From the NCBI GenBank assembly GCA_041175545.1, contig JBEDES010000003.1:3645-67644 (forward strand): a stretch of DNA of 64,000 nucleotides. Reading direction: 5' to 3'. Below the pieces are notes generated by a model that was not told where the DNA came from, searched no databases, and saw only the letters and a program-made list of their open reading frames with translations. Source of the stretch: Actinomycetota bacterium. Its GTDB lineage: Bacteria; Actinomycetota; Actinomycetes; Nanopelagicales; Nanopelagicaceae. The position numbers and the translations under genes are program-made. This document shows positions 63,052 to 64,000 of the stretch, one piece after another. How positions within the stretch are numbered: the stretch's first letter is position 1; the number at the start of each line of letters is the position of its first letter.

Positions 63052-63846
63052 TTAGCGCCGCTCTTCCTTCTGCTTACACAACATGCACAAGGTTGCACGA
63101 GGAAATACTTGGAGGCGGGCTTTACCAATCGGAGAACCGCACTCTTCGCAATTACCATAGTTCTTAGAGTCAATTCTTTCTAAGGCACGCTCGGTTTGTA
63201 GAACCATGTCACGTGCGTTAATTACCAATGACATCTCGTGTTCACGTTCGAAAGTTTTTGTTCCAGCATCAGCCTGATCATCTCCAGCACCTTCGCCTGA
63301 TTCTTGAATGAGCTCGTCCATTTCTAATTCGACGATGGCCAACTCTTTGCGCAAACGATCTAACTCTTTGGAAATTTCAGTTCGAACTGCCTTGAGCTCT
63401 GCTGCCGACCATGGTGACTCAGCTTCTGTAGCAACAACTGGGACAGGCGCGACTTTTATTGGTTTTAACGGAGCAATTTTTTTACCGCTTTTAACTGGGC
63501 GAGGAGGTGGTGGCATCACAAGACGTCTTTCTTCAACAACAGGTGCCACTACTGTGGCTGTTACTGTTGAAACAGAAACCGTTTGTGATTTTTCATCAAC
63601 AGTTAAAGTTGTTTTTGATGGAAATCCTTTGCCTGTAGCCTTTTTTACAGGAATGCTCTTAACGCTAGTTTTTTTGGCAGGAGCAGCTTTCTTCGCGGCT
63701 TTTTTAACTGGCACCGCTTTTTTAATAGGCTTCTTGCTAGAAGCTACCTTCTTGACAACCTTTTTGGCAGGAGCAGCTTTCTTTGTTGCCGCCTTTTTTG
63801 CAGTTTTTTTAACTGGCGTTGCTTTCTTAACAGGCTTCTTAGGCAT
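63052..63846 (-). CDS. DksA/TraR C4 zinc-finger protein with a histone H1-like Lys/Ala/Pro-rich N-terminus (DdbA-like)
   Basis: KKAAPAKK repeats, coiled-coil tip DDQADAG and CEEC...CMLC. Confidence 0.88.
   Translation of the reverse strand: MPKKPVKKATPVKKTAKKAATKKAAPAKKVVKKVASSKKPIKKAVPVKKAAKKAAPAKKTSVKSIPVKKATGKGFPSKTTLTVDEKSQTVSVSTVTATVVAPVVEERRLVMPPPPRPVKSGKKIAPLKPIKVAPVPVVATEAESPWSAAELKAVRTEISKELDRLRKELAIVELEMDELIQESGEGAGDDQADAGTKTFEREHEMSLVINARDMVLQTERALERIDSKNYGNCEECGSPIGKARLQVFPRATLCMLCKQKEERR
63671..63783. repeat. Intragenic 23-nt exact direct repeat (period 90 nt) encoding KKAAPAKK
   Basis: TTTTTGGCAGGAGCAGCTTTCTT at 63671-63693 and 63761-63783. Confidence 0.85.
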
Positions 63847-63942
63847 GTCGCGAACCCTATGCCGATTACCCCTGTGTTGCCAATTTCGCCACGTTGCAAT
63901 TTATTCTTGCCTCATCATCTAGACTAATCCCCTCACAGATAC

Positions 63943-64000
63943 GGCATTGACGGGGCTATCACCTCACGAGCCTGCTGGAAGAAGTGGTCGATAGGCCATC
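63943..64000 (+). ncRNA. 5' part of an actinobacterial ileS-type T-box riboswitch (ultrashort Stem I), truncated by the window end
   Basis: GGC-ATTGA-CG-GGG-CT-ATC-A-CCT-CACG-AGCC Stem I with Ile specifier ATC (63958-63960), then the GGAAGAA Stem II entry; TAGACT -10 at 63920-63925; divergent from the dksA-like gene, where ileS commonly lies. Confidence 0.75.

Noticed and set aside
63308-63922. 204-aa hydrophobic plus-strand ORF that looks like a membrane protein
   Set aside because: Antisense of the Lys/Ala-rich repeats (Lys codons read as Phe/Leu on the other strand); an artefact

Overview
This window is core chromosome from a low-GC, streamlined actinobacterium. The actinobacterial hallmarks are rbpA, whiA, priA, a PdtaR-type ANTAR regulator, the sufRBD-Rieske-CSU-T cluster and a DksA/TraR protein with a histone-like N-terminus. 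AT-rich codon usage and minimal spacers fit freshwater acI / Nanopelagicales (Planktophila-like); this is inference, not a database result. Gene order: ABC exporter (partial), suf operon, ctaA-tkt-tal-pgi, rbpA, secG, tpiA-pgk-gap, whiA, rapZ, uvrCAB, coaE, rpsA, polA, PaaI thioesterase, Liv-type ABC transporter, pdtaR, tRNA-Leu(CAA), pyk, gltDB, VIT1, lgt, DsbA, VKOR, trp and his clusters, dnaE, rluD, lspA, dksA-like gene, and the 5' part of an ileS T-box at the right edge. I found no mobile element, CRISPR array, prophage or defence island, and no clearly new multi-gene system. The most interesting signals are small ones. (1) A 56-aa miniature trp-operon membrane protein absent from the ORF track. 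(2) About a dozen leaderless-type promoters packed into tiny spacers. (3) A terminator-like hairpin with an ANTAR-like loop in the gltB leader. (4) A tandem-motif leader with switch-like pairing upstream of livH. (5) A short-variable-loop tRNA-Leu. (6) Local absence of zwf-opcA-pgl, ctaB and yvcK from otherwise conserved clusters.
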